The notes under the pieces: generated by a model
What the model was told of the DNA's origin: nothing
Databases searched by the model: none
What the model saw: only the letters and a program-made list of their open reading frames with translations
NCBI GenBank assembly: GCA_023334545.1
Contig: JAADVB010000042.1
Span: 35,489-99,488, forward strand
Origin: Salisapilia sapeloensis CBS 127946
Taxonomy: Eukaryota > Protista > Oomycota
Direction of reading: 5' to 3'
Length of the DNA stretch: 64,000 bases
Translations under genes and position numbers: made by a program
Part shown: positions 1 through 12,740 of the stretch, one piece after another
How the letters are laid out: each line of letters begins with the position of its first letter
How positions within the stretch are numbered: position 1 is the first letter of the stretch

Positions 1-1
1 A

Positions 2-1264
2 AAGCATGGCGCTGCTAGTGCACTGGCATCTACGAGTATCTTGGAGAACGTGTGGCAGACACTCTATCATGGCATCATCCTGTCTGCCTCAGAAGAGAGT
101 GAAGAAGATGCCAAGAGACGGTGTCTGGCACTCCAAGCAGCAACGAATCTCCTGCTGTATGCTGCGCCAGACGACGATGAGAGAGGAAAAGAGCTTGTGC
201 GTGTCCTCTTTGACGCTTTACAGTCGGAGAGAAAATGGTATAAGAAGAAGCAGTGGAGGACAGAGGTACGTGCGGCGGCAGGAAGTAGTGCTTTAAAGGT
301 AGCTCGTAACTCTCACTTGGAGCGACATGTGTCTGTCGAGCTATGGCACTTGCTTGCGTCCTTGGTCCAGGATGATAGTGTCATCGTGCGACGGCAGATG
401 GCCAAGACACTGAAAGGCAGTGTCTTGCGTCCGAGTCTTTCCCACAAGTACGTTTCGTTACTGGTTTTATCTGCTTGTGAGAAGGAAGAGGACATCCAGC
501 GAACGTTTATCGAAGCGTTGGAGCTAGCAGTCGACAAGCTGCGGCATTTGAACAAAGAGTACGTTGCCAGTGGTCGCTCTGCTGGTCTCACATCTGCCCT
601 CACGCCAGAGTTTGCTCTCCCATACGTCCTTCACTTGTTATCCCACTCGTCTTCTTTCCCAACATCTATCCTCCAGTCGTATGACGCCTACGAAGAGGAG
701 ATGCTACAAGAAGATGAGTGGAAGAGTGTTCTCGTCTACCTTCGTTTCTACTTTCAACACATTCGATGCAACGGAGAGAACGTTCCTCTTCTCCTTCAGA
801 TCCTTCAGAAGCTGAAAAAGTATCGAGACGCAGTTGATGACGATCGGAAGAGACTCTTGCTCTTGATCGGATCCGCGGAGACGATGCTCCGAAAGAGCGT
901 CAAGCCAACACAAGCCTTGACGCCGTTCCCTGGGAAAGTCTACTTGCCCTCGAGCCTCTTCACGCTCGTGGACGAGTCTCCGGAGAAACCCAAGGCGAAG
1001 CAGGTGACGCCGAGCAAACCGACGACGCAGCAGACGCTCATGAAGTCTTCCTTGTCTCCGATCCAGAGGACTGAGCCTGGTGGAAGCAATGACTTTATGC
1101 TCAAGCCAACGCCTCCAGTGTTCAAGAAGAAGACAAACTCCGTCACGAAGTCGAGTGCTTCAAGTACCTCTTCGAAACGCAAGCGAGAGAGCAAGGCCAA
1201 GCCGAGTAAGAAGCAAAAGAAGGACGAACCGGTGGTACGTACTTTTGTTAGGATACGAAGATAG
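2..1264 (+). CDS. PDS5: Sister chromatid cohesion protein PDS5, C-terminal part (5' truncated by window edge)
   Basis: Frame is open from base 2. Contains HEAT-like 'LASLVQDDSVIVRRQM' and the PDS5-typical 'PEFALPYVLHLLSH', then a basic low-complexity tail. Confidence 0.8.
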   Translation, partial: KHGAASALASTSILENVWQTLYHGIILSASEESEEDAKRRCLALQAATNLLLYAAPDDDERGKELVRVLFDALQSERKWYKKKQWRTEVRAAAGSSALKVARNSHLERHVSVELWHLLASLVQDDSVIVRRQMAKTLKGSVLRPSLSHKYVSLLVLSACEKEEDIQRTFIEALELAVDKLRHLNKEYVASGRSAGLTSALTPEFALPYVLHLLSHSSSFPTSILQSYDAYEEEMLQEDEWKSVLVYLRFYFQHIRCNGENVPLLLQILQKLKKYRDAVDDDRKRLLLLIGSAETMLRKSVKPTQALTPFPGKVYLPSSLFTLVDESPEKPKAKQVTPSKPTTQQTLMKSSLSPIQRTEPGGSNDFMLKPTPPVFKKKTNSVTKSSASSTSSKRKRESKAKPSKKQKKDEPVVRTFVRIRR

Positions 1265-1397
1265 TATTGGATTCTTATATGGATGTAGGCTGAACGTCGG
1301 TTGACGAGTCGACAGCGAAAGCTTCTGGAGAAAGATTAAGTAGTCGTGTATTCACGTCATTCAAAACTATTTTTCACTTTGTTTGTACGGCTTCATG

Positions 1398-2105
1398 TTA
1401 GTCGGAAAGAAGGAATTGAACAGATAGGCGAGGGTCACTTGTCTTGGACTCCTCCGCTTGCGTCTCAAGACCAAGTTGGGCGTCGTCCACGATTCGAGAG
1501 ACCGTCGTGAGTGATCCGAGTGCTTCTTGCATTGCAGATATCATGCCTGTTTCCATAAAGATGCTGGACACTAATCCATTCTTTTGCACAACGAACGTAC
1601 AGTTGCCTTCGACCGTCCTCTGCTCCTCGTTCCCTTGCTCCAGATCGAGAGACACGTACGCTACGGTATCTACGATCACGATTAATAGGTCCTCCAAGAC
1701 GTACGTCTTGTATGTCTTTGGCTCCAATTGGAACGATCGGAAGGCGTTGACTTCATCGAGCCAAGTACCGAAGGCTCCATCCATATCGTTAAATCCGTCA
1801 GGAGTCATGATCGAATGCAAGAAGTTCTCTTGTTCAGTACGATGTGCATCGGAATAACCATGCTGGAAGACACGAAAATACTCGGCGACAGTTTGCAAAG
1901 CATTGTCACGCCAGACTCGCTCGTAGTGTGTCTGGAGCTCTGAGACGGTGGATTGCAAGGACTCGACTTCGGCTTCAAGCGTCATCAACTTTTGTTTGCG
2001 TTTCTCTCGATGTCGACGCTGATGTTCCCGGTCTTGCAGCCGCTTCCGAGAAATTCGCTCCTTATCTTGCATCGCTCGAAGAGATTCTTCTCCGTTTGGA
2101 TCCAT
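1398..2105 (-). CDS. Oomycete-type bZIP transcription factor
   Basis: Basic region RKRLQDREHQRRHREKRK, heptad zipper LEAEVESLQSTVSEL, then 'TVAEYFRVFQHG' typical of the C-terminal domain of oomycete bZIPs. First ATG is at 2105; the track start is a near-cognate codon. Confidence 0.8.
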   Translation of the reverse strand: MDPNGEESLRAMQDKERISRKRLQDREHQRRHREKRKQKLMTLEAEVESLQSTVSELQTHYERVWRDNALQTVAEYFRVFQHGYSDAHRTEQENFLHSIMTPDGFNDMDGAFGTWLDEVNAFRSFQLEPKTYKTYVLEDLLIVIVDTVAYVSLDLEQGNEEQRTVEGNCTFVVQKNGLVSSIFMETGMISAMQEALGSLTTVSRIVDDAQLGLETQAEESKTSDPRLSVQFLLSD

Positions 2106-3304
2106 TTCGAAGATGACAAAGGTGAAATCACACTGTGCGTTTGCTCGTCTGGTTATTCCAAGCAATCAGAAGTATGAATGGTGTGTTATGGCAAGCGTTG
2201 CCAGACGAGCCTGGTCGTGGCGCGAGTGATGCGCTTCGACGGAGACAGTACCAGCTTCCTTTAAATTGAGATATAGAATCGTTGCAAAGAAGAGCTTGGG
2301 ATTGTCCCTGACGAAGTGAGCCATATCTTGCGATATGGCTCATGTCTACTCCTTAAACTGTCTTAACGTTTCTAGAGACTACATTGCAAATCTCGGACCC
2401 CATCTAGATGTGCAGACCGGATAGATACTAGAAACCGTGTAGATGCACATAGCAGTTGACAGGATGCAATGCCGTATTATTCGTTCGATCGTTGTACTCT
2501 CTCGCAATCCGCGCCTGAAAAGAATGCTTTTGCTGCGTGTCTATAGAGTAAATCGGCCGCTACGCAATCGTAGGAGGACGTTGTTCATAAGAATTATTGG
2601 TTGATACGAAACAATCTAGATACGAGGAGGTCGGATGGACGCACGATATACCATATGCAAGTAGGACCGTCGGTAGAGAAATGGACCGTCACTTTGGTTG
2701 GTCACGGCGTTTAACGATGGGCTCGATTGCATAAAGACGCTACATGACCGTCGAGGTCTACACACCGCATCGATATGTCCGGTCGAATGTCTCGATACTA
2801 AGTCTTTGAAATTCCCCATGGATATACTTAATTAATTTGTTTACGCTTTAAATTACTGCTGCTGTGTATTCGTATCTGCATCTAGAATACGTATTAAATC
2901 TCGCTGGTAGATTGCACCTAGAGCAGTGTTGTAGAGTACGTCAAGCGCTACAGAAGGCAGCGACGAGAAGATGGGTATATTAACCCACGAGATTCTGCAC
3001 GAAGTCAAGTACGAACGTTGGTAAAGAAATGAGATGTCAAATTTCGGACACTTCGTTTAACGAGGTGATTTCTACGCAGCAAACTCTACCGTTTAACGAA
3101 ACATTTTCTGTACGACAGAGACGATTGGTGCCTGCCGCTTCCCATGTGCCATGTCGATGTAACTCGTCGGACCGATGCATGCCAAGTCACATAATCCTGC
3201 AAGTCTTGATGGATATGTAACATCGATACAAAGTATCCATGAATACCACTGCCTGCTTGAAACGATCGACTTTCTGCTTTGTCTATTTCTATCCTCCTGC
3301 AAAT

Positions 3305-5015
3305 ATGCCACGATCTCCTCGTCGGCGCGTGGCGTCTGGAGCAGTGCTCCATCTTGCTATCAAACTTGTGGGTGGAGCTCAGCTCGGGAAGGCTGTGAAA
3401 GGCAAAAGTAAGGATAAAGGTAAAGGCAAAAATGGTGGACATGAAGCCACGGAAGAAGAGAGGAAGTTGCAAGAGTCGATTCGACGACTTGAAATGAATG
3501 ACTATTTGAAAAAGCTGACGTTGACCAAAAAGGCTATGCTTCAAGATTTCCTGGCAAAGGAAGCTCAAGTATCTCGGACGAACCAATTGAAGATCCAGAA
3601 CCACTGGCGGAAAATTTTGAGGCTAGTCAAAGTCGAAGCTCTTCGCAAAGAAGTAGAAGTTCGAGCTCAGAACCATGAGCGCGACGTCGATCGTCGCGAT
3701 GCCATCATTCAAATGTTCGATCGGGACCTGGATGAAGCGGAAGAGCAGCTTCAAACAGCGTTGCGCAGCCACCTTCTTAACATCGATGATTTGATCGACA
3801 TCCAGGATGACCGTCTGCTTTCGCTTGAGAAAGAGTTCGAGACAGATCTCAGACGCCTTGAGCGCGAGTTCGATGCGGAAAGAGAGCGAGTGATGGCTCA
3901 ACACAGTCTCGAACAAGGCGAGCTACAACGTATCATGAGCGCGGTGCAGCAGCAGGACAAAGACCGAGAGAATGAAGCTCGGCAAGAACACGAGCAACTG
4001 CGTGAAGAGATTCGAAACAAGAACTTGGAGGATATTAATGTCCTTCGTATCACGCTCGATGGCAGCATTGAAGAGCTAGAACAGCACTTTGAAGCAGCGC
4101 ATCTAAACTACCTCCAAAACACCGACCAACGTACGCAAGACTTCAAGTATTTGACAGCAAAAGATCTGGATCTATCTCGTGACATTGAGCTGAAACTTCG
4201 AAAGATTGACCGATTGCAGTCGAGTCTGGTCCATTGGCGGTCCAAGATAGCTCAAAACACAAAAGAGAATGCGGAGCGCAATCGGCAGCTGGAAGAGGAG
4301 AAAGCAGCGTTGTCAGTCCATTATCAGAAGCTAAAGTCCCGTATGAACAAAATGCGTGATGTCCAGCGACGACGGCTGACGGACTTGTCCAGTAACGCTC
4401 GTGAAGCTAAAATAGGACTAGATGAACGGCTGGAGTTGATGGAACGTATCTTGCATCTTGGTGAGCTCGTGAGAAAGCTTGAAACCGAAAGAGAGAGGGT
4501 CCTGCCGTACTATGTCTCGACACTTGAAGATGAGACTGCAGCAAATGAACTGACTGAGGCCGTCCGTCGTAATCTTCCAAAGGGTACTCTCTCTTGACAA
4601 CTTTTCGTTCCATCAACTGATTTTTAATTTAATAATATGCATAGAGTGGAATGATGAAAATGCAGGCACGGATGAATCGCTGGTCGGGTATCAGCCAAAG
4701 GCTGAGTTGAATGGAATTGAAGTATCCGAATGGGAAAGTCTTGACTTGTTCTGGAAACGATTTAACAAGGTTCAACTGGATAATTTGGCCATTTCGCGGG
4801 AGAAAGAGAGACTGGAGGCGGAGAATAGAGAGCTACAGACGATCTTACAACGGTACCTCGATGGCGTCACTGTGAACGATAGTGTCATCGATCATGCCAA
4901 CCCGCTCTTTGTGGTCAATGGTAGACTACGAGTGCATAACCCGGATGCAGACAGCACAAAGACGGTGGTGGAAGGGAATCACATGGTCCAAACGAATCGT
5001 ATCTCCAGAGGGTAG
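3305..5015 (+). CDS. DRC2: Dynein regulatory complex subunit 2 (CCDC65); exons 3305-4583, 4645-5015
   Basis: NYD-SP28-like 'KIQNHWRKILR...RDLDEAEEQ', long coiled coil, and C-terminal 'FWKRFNKV...YLDG...NPL'. A 61-bp GT-AG intron joins the two ORFs in frame. The start codon is uncertain. Confidence 0.85.
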
Positions 5016-5743
5016 GACGGTGTCCAATGTGAAGCATATCTTCTTGGTCTCATCTCGACTTTTTCGACTATTTTGTGCCGAAGGAATACTCAACACTCTC
5101 ATAGAGTATGTCGCAGTTGGTCACCTCATGCTGATATGGTTTCATTCTAATTTCTCCGAACACTGTTTCTCTTCTTGCGTGGCAGACTAAGCATCTATTT
5201 GGTGTCAAGATCGTGGTCCTATATCTTCAGAAAACTTCCTAGTAGTAAAAGTTCGTCATACTCGCAACAGTATCCACTTTCGTAATACGCATGTGGCATT
5301 ATGTCAATAGACATGGTACCCTCACTTTGCTTTTGCCGTGTTCATGCCTTGGAAAATGTCAGCTCAACGACGTGTTCAAATAGCTTTCCTAATGTACACA
5401 CAACTTTTTCAAAATCAACGTTACCACCACGCTGTCGTGGAATATCTTTGTCGCCCGCAGTCTTTTGTAAAGTTGCATAGACGTCCATGACTGTCTTCTA
5501 CTGGACTCATGAGCATTTATGCAGTCATTGATCGCCCATCGCATTGATCATTCTTATCATCGCTCGTGCTCGTCATCGACGCTACGAACGAAAGATCGTC
5601 TATCGCACATACGTAATCTCTCTTCTACAAGTCTACCACATCGCCACGATCTATCACATTACATCGAATTACAAATAGATCCAACCTGTCAGCTTCTTCA
5701 ATCTCCAAAAAATTGTATTTATTTTTATTCAAAAGCATGGGGA

Positions 5744-8700
5744 TTATTCTTGGACAATAGCAGCTAGTTCTCCAGCATCATCCTGCAAAAGCTCCGACGG
5801 CTCTCCGACTTCCACAAGCTGGCCGTTTCGTAGAACAACCACCTTGTCATAGTCTAGAATCGTCTCAATGCGATGGGCAATAGTCAAAACCGTTCGTCCA
5901 GCATACTCCTCCCGAATGACCTTTTGAATCATGTCGTCTACACCATATTATCAGTACCTCCACCAATAAAATAGAAGATGTACATGCTACCTGTGGATTG
6001 ATCCATGGAAGACGTAGCTTCGTCTAGACAGAGGATCTTACTACTCTTCACTAATGCTCTCGCGAGGCACAAAAGCTGCTTTTGTCCAGCACTGAAATTC
6101 GCTCCTCCTTCCACAACCTGAGCTTCTAGCTTCCCTGGCAGTCGACTCACGACTTCATCTAGCTTGGCCTGTCGTAGCACATGCCATAGCCGAGCGTCAC
6201 TCGCTTGATTCGTCGGGTCCAGGTTCATCCGCACAGTAGAAGCAAACAAGACCGGATGCTGCGGGATGATGGCGAGTTGCGAACGGAGATCGGACAGCTC
6301 CAGTTGGCCAATGTCAGTTCCATCAATGAAGATCTGTCCTTGACTGCATCCGACGAGCCGGAAGAGCGTAAGCAGCAGCGAACTCTTCCCAGCTCCTGTT
6401 CGTCCACAGATACCGACACGTTCTCCAGCTTCAATGGTAAAGCTCACACCTTTCAAGACACTTGGTAAGGAAGCGTCGTACTGAACATGCACATTTCTAA
6501 ACTCAATCTGTCCTTGCTGGAGCCATCCAAGAGGAGATGTGATGGGATTCTTAGGAGTCAAGTAGCTTGGGAAGAAGATGGGCTCCGTCGGAACGATCGA
6601 CTCTTTCGTAAACGCGTCGATGCGTTCGACACTTGTCATCATGTTCTCCATATCGATATGATTACGAATGAGCCAATTGAGCATGCCAGTGATACGTTGC
6701 GAGTAGCTTAGCAAGAGACCAGCAAGAGAGCTCGAGACGACTGTGCGATGGCTAGTGAGGAAAGCAGCAACGACAAAGGTGATGGCAGCGCCCAAGAGCT
6801 CTAGTCGGACTCCCAGCCATCGATTAATGACGTTGAGAAGGAAAAAGGCACGCGTGTTCTCGTCAATGTTCTCGCGCTGCTGCTTCTCCGCTTTCTCCGT
6901 CGCGTGGAACGCTCGGAGAGTTGAGATGCCAGGGAGGCATTCCTTTAAGTGACCATAGATGGGAGATCGAGTGATGTTATCTAGACGCTGGAGCTCACGA
7001 CAGGATTTACGGTAGAAATGCTGGAGAGTGAGGTAGATGGCAAATATAGGAATAAGGCAGGCGCCGACGATCGGAAGAGCGGACACTTGGAGAAGGAGCA
7101 TGGCGACGAGAGACAGCAGGACGATAGCAAAGGACTGCATCGCGTCGTTGAGTTTCTGATCGATGATTGTAATGTCGTTCCCGAATCGGTTCAAGACACG
7201 TCCGACAGGGGTCATATCAAAGAAGCGCATGGTGCCTCGGATCACATGGCGCAAGAGGTCAGCATGCATCGTGTTAGATGCACTGATACCAGCGTAGCGC
7301 CAGCAAACATTGCCACCAACGCCTAGGAGGATGGTGATAGCGCCCAAATAGGCATATACACTGATGTAGAAAGCAACACTCTTGCGCTTCCCAGCTTCTT
7401 CCTTGGAAGATTCCGTCCAGCTCGTGAGCCACAGGTCACTCGCGACTTGAGAGACTTGTTGGACAACCAAGACAGCGACAGTCGAGACTGCCATAAAAGT
7501 TCCACAAGCACTCGCGTAGGCTACATACAAGTGCCAATCCACTTCTCCCTCCACTCGATCCTCTTTTGCAGTCTGTTCTACTTCTAACACCTTGTCATCG
7601 TCTTCTTTCGACGTGGATGACACGAGGCTCTGTTTCGAAGATAGTGAAGACGTGAGCATGTGGGAAAAGATGTTATCGTCTGCTTTGGACAACTGATCGT
7701 ACGTGCCCATGTGAACAACTTGCATCTGACCCAACACGATGATCCAGTCGGCTTTCGACGCTATTTCCATGTCGTTCGTACTAATCACCCGGGTGTGACC
7801 TCGTAGTGACCCTGAGTTTTCATCCAGTACATCTCGGAAGAGTGAAGTCGTGACCTCTCGATCTAACGCAGACATACTGTCGTCCAGTACGTACATGGAC
7901 CTATGCGCAGCATACACTGCTCGTGCAATCGCCACACGTTGTTTCTGTCCACCACTTAGCGTGACGCCATTCTCCCCTACGAGTGTTCCTAATCCATACT
8001 CTAACGATGCAATGTCTTCTTCCAACTGACAGCTCTTCACAACTCTTGCCAAACGGTCCGTGTCCAGTATCGAATTGAAGACGATATTATCCTGGATCGA
8101 GCCTCGAATCAAGTACGGCTCTTGTGCTACGTACGCAATGTTCGAGGTAGGCAAGTCGGTGATACCAGAGGTAGGAGATAGCTCTCCAATGATAGCAGAT
8201 ACGAGCGTCGATTTCCCACTTCCAACAGGACCGACGATGGCAGTCAGCTGACCCTTCGGTATTTCGATGGACACGTTCTCGAGCTTTGGGACGGTGGTAT
8301 CGTCACTGGACACATGATCTGTCCAGGAAAACGTAGCGTCTTGAATCGAGTATGAGCTTTTAGACGAATTGTGTGGAAGAGCAGGCTGGTGTTCAGGTAG
8401 AAAAAGAAAGGATTCAAGGCGCTTAACGGAAATGTCGGCTTGGAAGATCCAGTTAAAGACACGTGGAAGCATCGACAAGGGCATACGAAAGATACTGAAC
8501 AAGGAGATACTGGTAAAGGCCTGTGCTGCCGTCAACGGTTCCGACGAGATGCTCGCGTACGTTCCGAACGCTGCGAGTGACACTAGAATCGGTCCAGCTT
8601 GTAACGACATTTCGGACAAGGCTTCCCACACGATCATGCGTTTGAGCCATTTGAGTTCGTCAAGACGAATCTCACCTACTTTGGATAGCAACGGCAGCTC

Positions 8701-9873
8701 CCATGCGTAGCACTTGATCATACGAATGTTCGTCAGAATCTCATGTAGCCACTGCAGCCGCTTGTCTGTGCATTCGATAAGCAATTTCGAAAGTTTAGCG
8801 GCATGGGCAGAGCAGGCAGCTGCGAATGGGAGAAGGAGGACCATGACGGCTACTCCGACAAAGGCCGAGATGCCGAGATAATGGTACAAGAGGCAGAGAC
8901 CGATAATGACTTGCAGTGGGGCAGCCCAGACGTAATGGACTAAAGATGCAGGTTACTATATGAGCGGATGGAAATGCGTAGTTATCATACTGAAGTAGAA
9001 GAGGTCAAGGAGCCGCTTGGCGTCGGTGGTCGCGAGGTTGATGATAGCACCCGAACCGACGTCATTCTTGGTCGTCGTGGATAGTCGAAGGCTTTTGGTG
9101 AAGACGAGCTGGACGATAGCAGACCGAACTCGAATAGCTTCCCGGATCACGATGTGATGATGCTATATGTTCGTAGGTAAGAACGGGATCACAAGAAGAT
9201 GGCTGTAGAAGTGGAAACCTGATGCAAGAGAAGTGTGCGAACGGCGGAGGAGAAGAAGAAGATGAGACTGAGGATGTATCCGTAGTAATTGGTGGCGCCA
9301 TCCGAGGTCCTGTCAGCAGGCTGTTCGATATATCGGACAAGCTCTATTGCAAATCAGCCATAACGCGAGAAGGTTCAATGTCGAACTTTAGAAGACAACG
9401 TACCGTTAATAAGGATGGGACCAATAAAGCCAGTCAAGTCTCCGAGCAATTTGCACACGCCAGCAATGTACATATTCGCACCAAAGGCCTAGCAAGGGTT
9501 AGATGAGTCCATTGCAAACTGTAGCAAAGTCTAGCTTACGTGGTGTAGAGCACGCCAGAGCGAGTGGCGGTCGGAAGAGGCATTGTTTAGTCGCGATAGG
9601 AGAGTGGCGTAATTGTCACTCGTGCTATCTTTCGCCTGCACTGGGTACAGATGGGCTAATTCAAGCGGGATCTGGACGCCCTGTTGCAAGATGTCTTCGA
9701 CCCAACTGTATTGCATGAGCTATCGGAGACCTCGTTTGAGCAAAGAGCATGGCATACCTGAAGATGAGTCGGGAGAAGCAATGCACGCGTTGCTCCGGGT
9801 GGGGGATTTCGACGCCATCGCGTGGTGCGAGGAGACGTGTCGACTCGACACTGGCGTCAGTACTTGACTGCAT
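5744..9873 (-). CDS. ABCC/MRP-type full ABC transporter (TMD-NBD-TMD-NBD, no TMD0), 7 exons
   Basis: Walker A GPVGSGKS and GRTGAGKS, signatures LSGGQ and FSAGQ, Walker B. GT-AG introns at 9706-9757, 9489-9539, 9344-9403, 9163-9218, 8940-8990 and 5938-5990 keep the frame. Confidence 0.93.
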
Positions 9874-10762
9874 GTAATTCGTACCTTTGGTGGTGCGACG
9901 ATAGGAAGATAATGCCAGGGAGCCCCCGCGCCTCGTGCCCCGTTGTATCGTTCTGTTGACAATTAGAGCGTTGGCGGCATCGGATTGGTCGAGACGATGG
10001 AAACGCAAAGACTTTTCGTGTACACTAGTAAGTTGGATTTGTTGGTCGTAAAACGGAGATGCGCCGAGTGTGAGTACACGACGTTTCAGGAGTATAAAAA
10101 AATGGCGAAGAGGTGTGTTTCACTTCGTTTCAATTTTTCCAGCATAATCGTTGAAGGCTAAGTGCACACCCCCCTCTTGTGACAGATAGCCTTCGTCCTC
10201 GACCGTTTTTATACGATGCAAATGTCACGGCACGCCAGCAAAGCTTCGATATAGAATACTTTGGCCGGCGCAACTTCTATCCGAGCAGACCCCGTACCTA
10301 GCTACCATTGCCAATGAGTGCACGCCGCTTCCACTCTATCGAGGTATGATTTCCGTTCGCGACATGCTGAATACGTGCAGCGGGTAGGGACAATTGGCTG
10401 GTCAATATTCCGCCTCGCTTCACCTACTCTCGCCCGAGTGCGATTATGGGCGCTGACGCCACCTCCAACTAGAAATCCGCGAGTACGATCGAAGCTCGAG
10501 CGACAAGGTGTGCTTCTCAGAAAACTTACCCAAAGTGAACTTCAATACAAATTTCAGGTCAAAAATCCTGCTGGGCCGCTGACGTGCTTGTCGTGCTACA
10601 AGGAAGAAACGCCATTTTCGGTTTTACCAGCTAGCACACAGTTGAAGGAAGCAGTAAAACAGACGCGCAGTCGAACACGGGCGCGAATACCACTAAATCA
10701 TCATCAGTCTCTCCGCCATCTTCAGTTGCCTCTCTTTTGGCCGAGGCCGGCCCAACAACAAG

Positions 10763-11500
10763 ATGTTCACTTCCACGGACCGCATACCGGCACACAAGAA
10801 AGAGGACCGCGTACCGCCGGTCCTTCCGCCTCGATTCGGTGAACATGTAGACGATCCAGCCACCACGAAAGGCGATGCGAGAAACTTTCGCAGCTCTCTA
10901 CCAGCTACGCCGGAAGAACTAGAGGAGATGGGCACGAATATGAGCTACCCGTCGGCCGATCGCAGACGCAGCACCTTTGACTCGTACATTCGACGCCGTA
11001 GTCAGGACTTCTCCGGTGACTTATCACCCAATGACGAAGAACGCGGGAGCATGACCGTGCCATCAATACCTGCAGTCGAGATCGCCGGACATGCACGCGA
11101 TCGCAGTGCACTGGATTTTTATCGTATCCATGGCCGGACACTTGGGCACGTTGCACTCCCGAAATGTGATCATGAGGTCGGTGCCCCTATGATTCGTGTA
11201 ATCAACCCAACGGATACGACGACGTGGACGCGAGGTAGTCCGGTCGTGATCGAATGGGAGGTGCTGGACGACACTGTCGAACAGCTTCAGATTGAACTCA
11301 TGGGTGAGCACTCGAGCGGCATAACAGTCGTGGCGAAAAGTGTGGGAAACACTGGATTCTTTGCGTATCAGAAGGTGCCATGGGGCATGGAACCAGGCCA
11401 AAAGTACTTTTTACGATTCTCGGACGCGTCCAAATCGAGCGAGCGATTTATAACGACGAAGTACTTTACCATCGATACACCATACAAGGACCGCGCGTAA
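10763..11500 (+). CDS. Hypothetical protein: disordered N-terminus plus C-terminal Ig-like beta-sandwich (Kre9/KNH-like pattern)
   Basis: 245-aa ATG-initiated ORF. 'VINPTDTTTWTRGSPVVIEW...NTGFFAYQKVPWGMEPGQKYFLRF' matches the P-x4-W-x-G-x4-I-x-W Ig-like pattern. No signal peptide. Confidence 0.6.
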   Translation: MFTSTDRIPAHKKEDRVPPVLPPRFGEHVDDPATTKGDARNFRSSLPATPEELEEMGTNMSYPSADRRRSTFDSYIRRRSQDFSGDLSPNDEERGSMTVPSIPAVEIAGHARDRSALDFYRIHGRTLGHVALPKCDHEVGAPMIRVINPTDTTTWTRGSPVVIEWEVLDDTVEQLQIELMGEHSSGITVVAKSVGNTGFFAYQKVPWGMEPGQKYFLRFSDASKSSERFITTKYFTIDTPYKDRA

Positions 11501-11735
11501 ATGACCAGTCACGACTTATCTATTTAACCCCTGCCGACGCTAGAGGTGTCAGCACACCTCCCTCTCTAGCCTTTACCGTGTTGCTGTAATATATACGTTC
11601 ATTGGATTCTTTCTCTCGCGCTTTTAAGGTGGACCTTGCGTGCTTCAACCGTGTCAAGCCATTCACACGTCTTTGCACGGAATACGAATCTTGCATGCGA
11701 AAATCTTATTCTTATCGGGAATGCATGTGCCTAAT

Positions 11736-12590
11736 CTATTCTTCCTGCCATGGTCGCAGCAACTTGGCACGAGTCTGTCGCCGAACTAGCTTCATCGCGC
11801 GCTTGGACTTGGGCCGTCCCATGTCGACGGTACACTTGACTTTCATTACAGGGGATGGCGTACATAATTTCCATGTCTTTTTCCGTCGCACGGGTTCAGT
11901 CGCATTCGTCTTGTCTGGCGTAGCCATGATATTATCCGTGGAAGTCTGGGATGTGTCTGTCACATCGACGGAGTCTATCTTTGGTAGCAAAAGATGCCGA
12001 ACGTCGGCGACAAAGGTGGCAGCTACGTCGTGACTAGTCGTGTCGAACCAGATCCCACGCACGCCACTTTCGTGCAAGCATTTAATGTTCATTCGATCGT
12101 CGTCGATGAGGGCTGTATCGTAGTTGCAAATGTGCGCATCCTGATGCTTACTCGCTTCGATTGCTGCAGCAATCACAAACGTTAGTTTATGATCACGATC
12201 GGCATGTTGGCCATGGGCGAGCCACAATGGTAGAAAACGAGCAGCCTGCGTTTCGGACACCTTCCACGTTTCGTCGTCTCCTTTAATAATGATCTGATTC
12301 GATATGGACGTAGGAAAGCATTGGTCGAGGACGTCGCGAATGAGCTGCGTTTCCGGGTTAAACGTCACGATCGCAACTTGCAGTCCTGCCTCCAGTAGCT
12401 TTGGAATGGTGTGTAAGAAGATGGGGCGCATGCTACTTGCGACTTGGGATACATTGTAGTCTTTATCATGCGTGTGAATTCGTACAAGTGTCAAGTCAAA
12501 GTCGATGCATACAAGTCGCAGTTTGTCATGCTGCAGTGCTTCCACCAGCTCAGTACAGGCTATGGCTGTCTCGCCGTCCGACGCATCCAT
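11736..12590 (-). CDS. HAD-superfamily phosphatase-like protein
   Basis: Motif I DFDLT (DxDxT), motif II IVTF, motif IV IDDDRMN; basic C-terminal tail. Confidence 0.8.
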   Translation of the reverse strand: MDASDGETAIACTELVEALQHDKLRLVCIDFDLTLVRIHTHDKDYNVSQVASSMRPIFLHTIPKLLEAGLQVAIVTFNPETQLIRDVLDQCFPTSISNQIIIKGDDETWKVSETQAARFLPLWLAHGQHADRDHKLTFVIAAAIEASKHQDAHICNYDTALIDDDRMNIKCLHESGVRGIWFDTTSHDVAATFVADVRHLLLPKIDSVDVTDTSQTSTDNIMATPDKTNATEPVRRKKTWKLCTPSPVMKVKCTVDMGRPKSKRAMKLVRRQTRAKLLRPWQEE

Positions 12591-12740
12591 CGAGCGTCGT
12601 GAGAAAGATGGACGAATGCGAAGACTTGGAGCGATCGACTTGCAATTTCCCGCGACTTTTTAAATGAATGATTGATACGTTTTCAAAAAGGAGCCAATCG
12701 GAATGCTTCATTGGACAACAATATAACTTAAAAACAGATC

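Noticed and set aside
2616-3220. Small ORFs between bZIP and DRC2
   Set aside because: No motifs or convincing splice partners; consistent with a divergent promoter region.
10318-10842. 174-aa ORF upstream of the Ig-like gene
   Set aside because: Near-cognate start, no recognisable motif, and overlaps the better ORF in another frame; probably promoter or 5' UTR.
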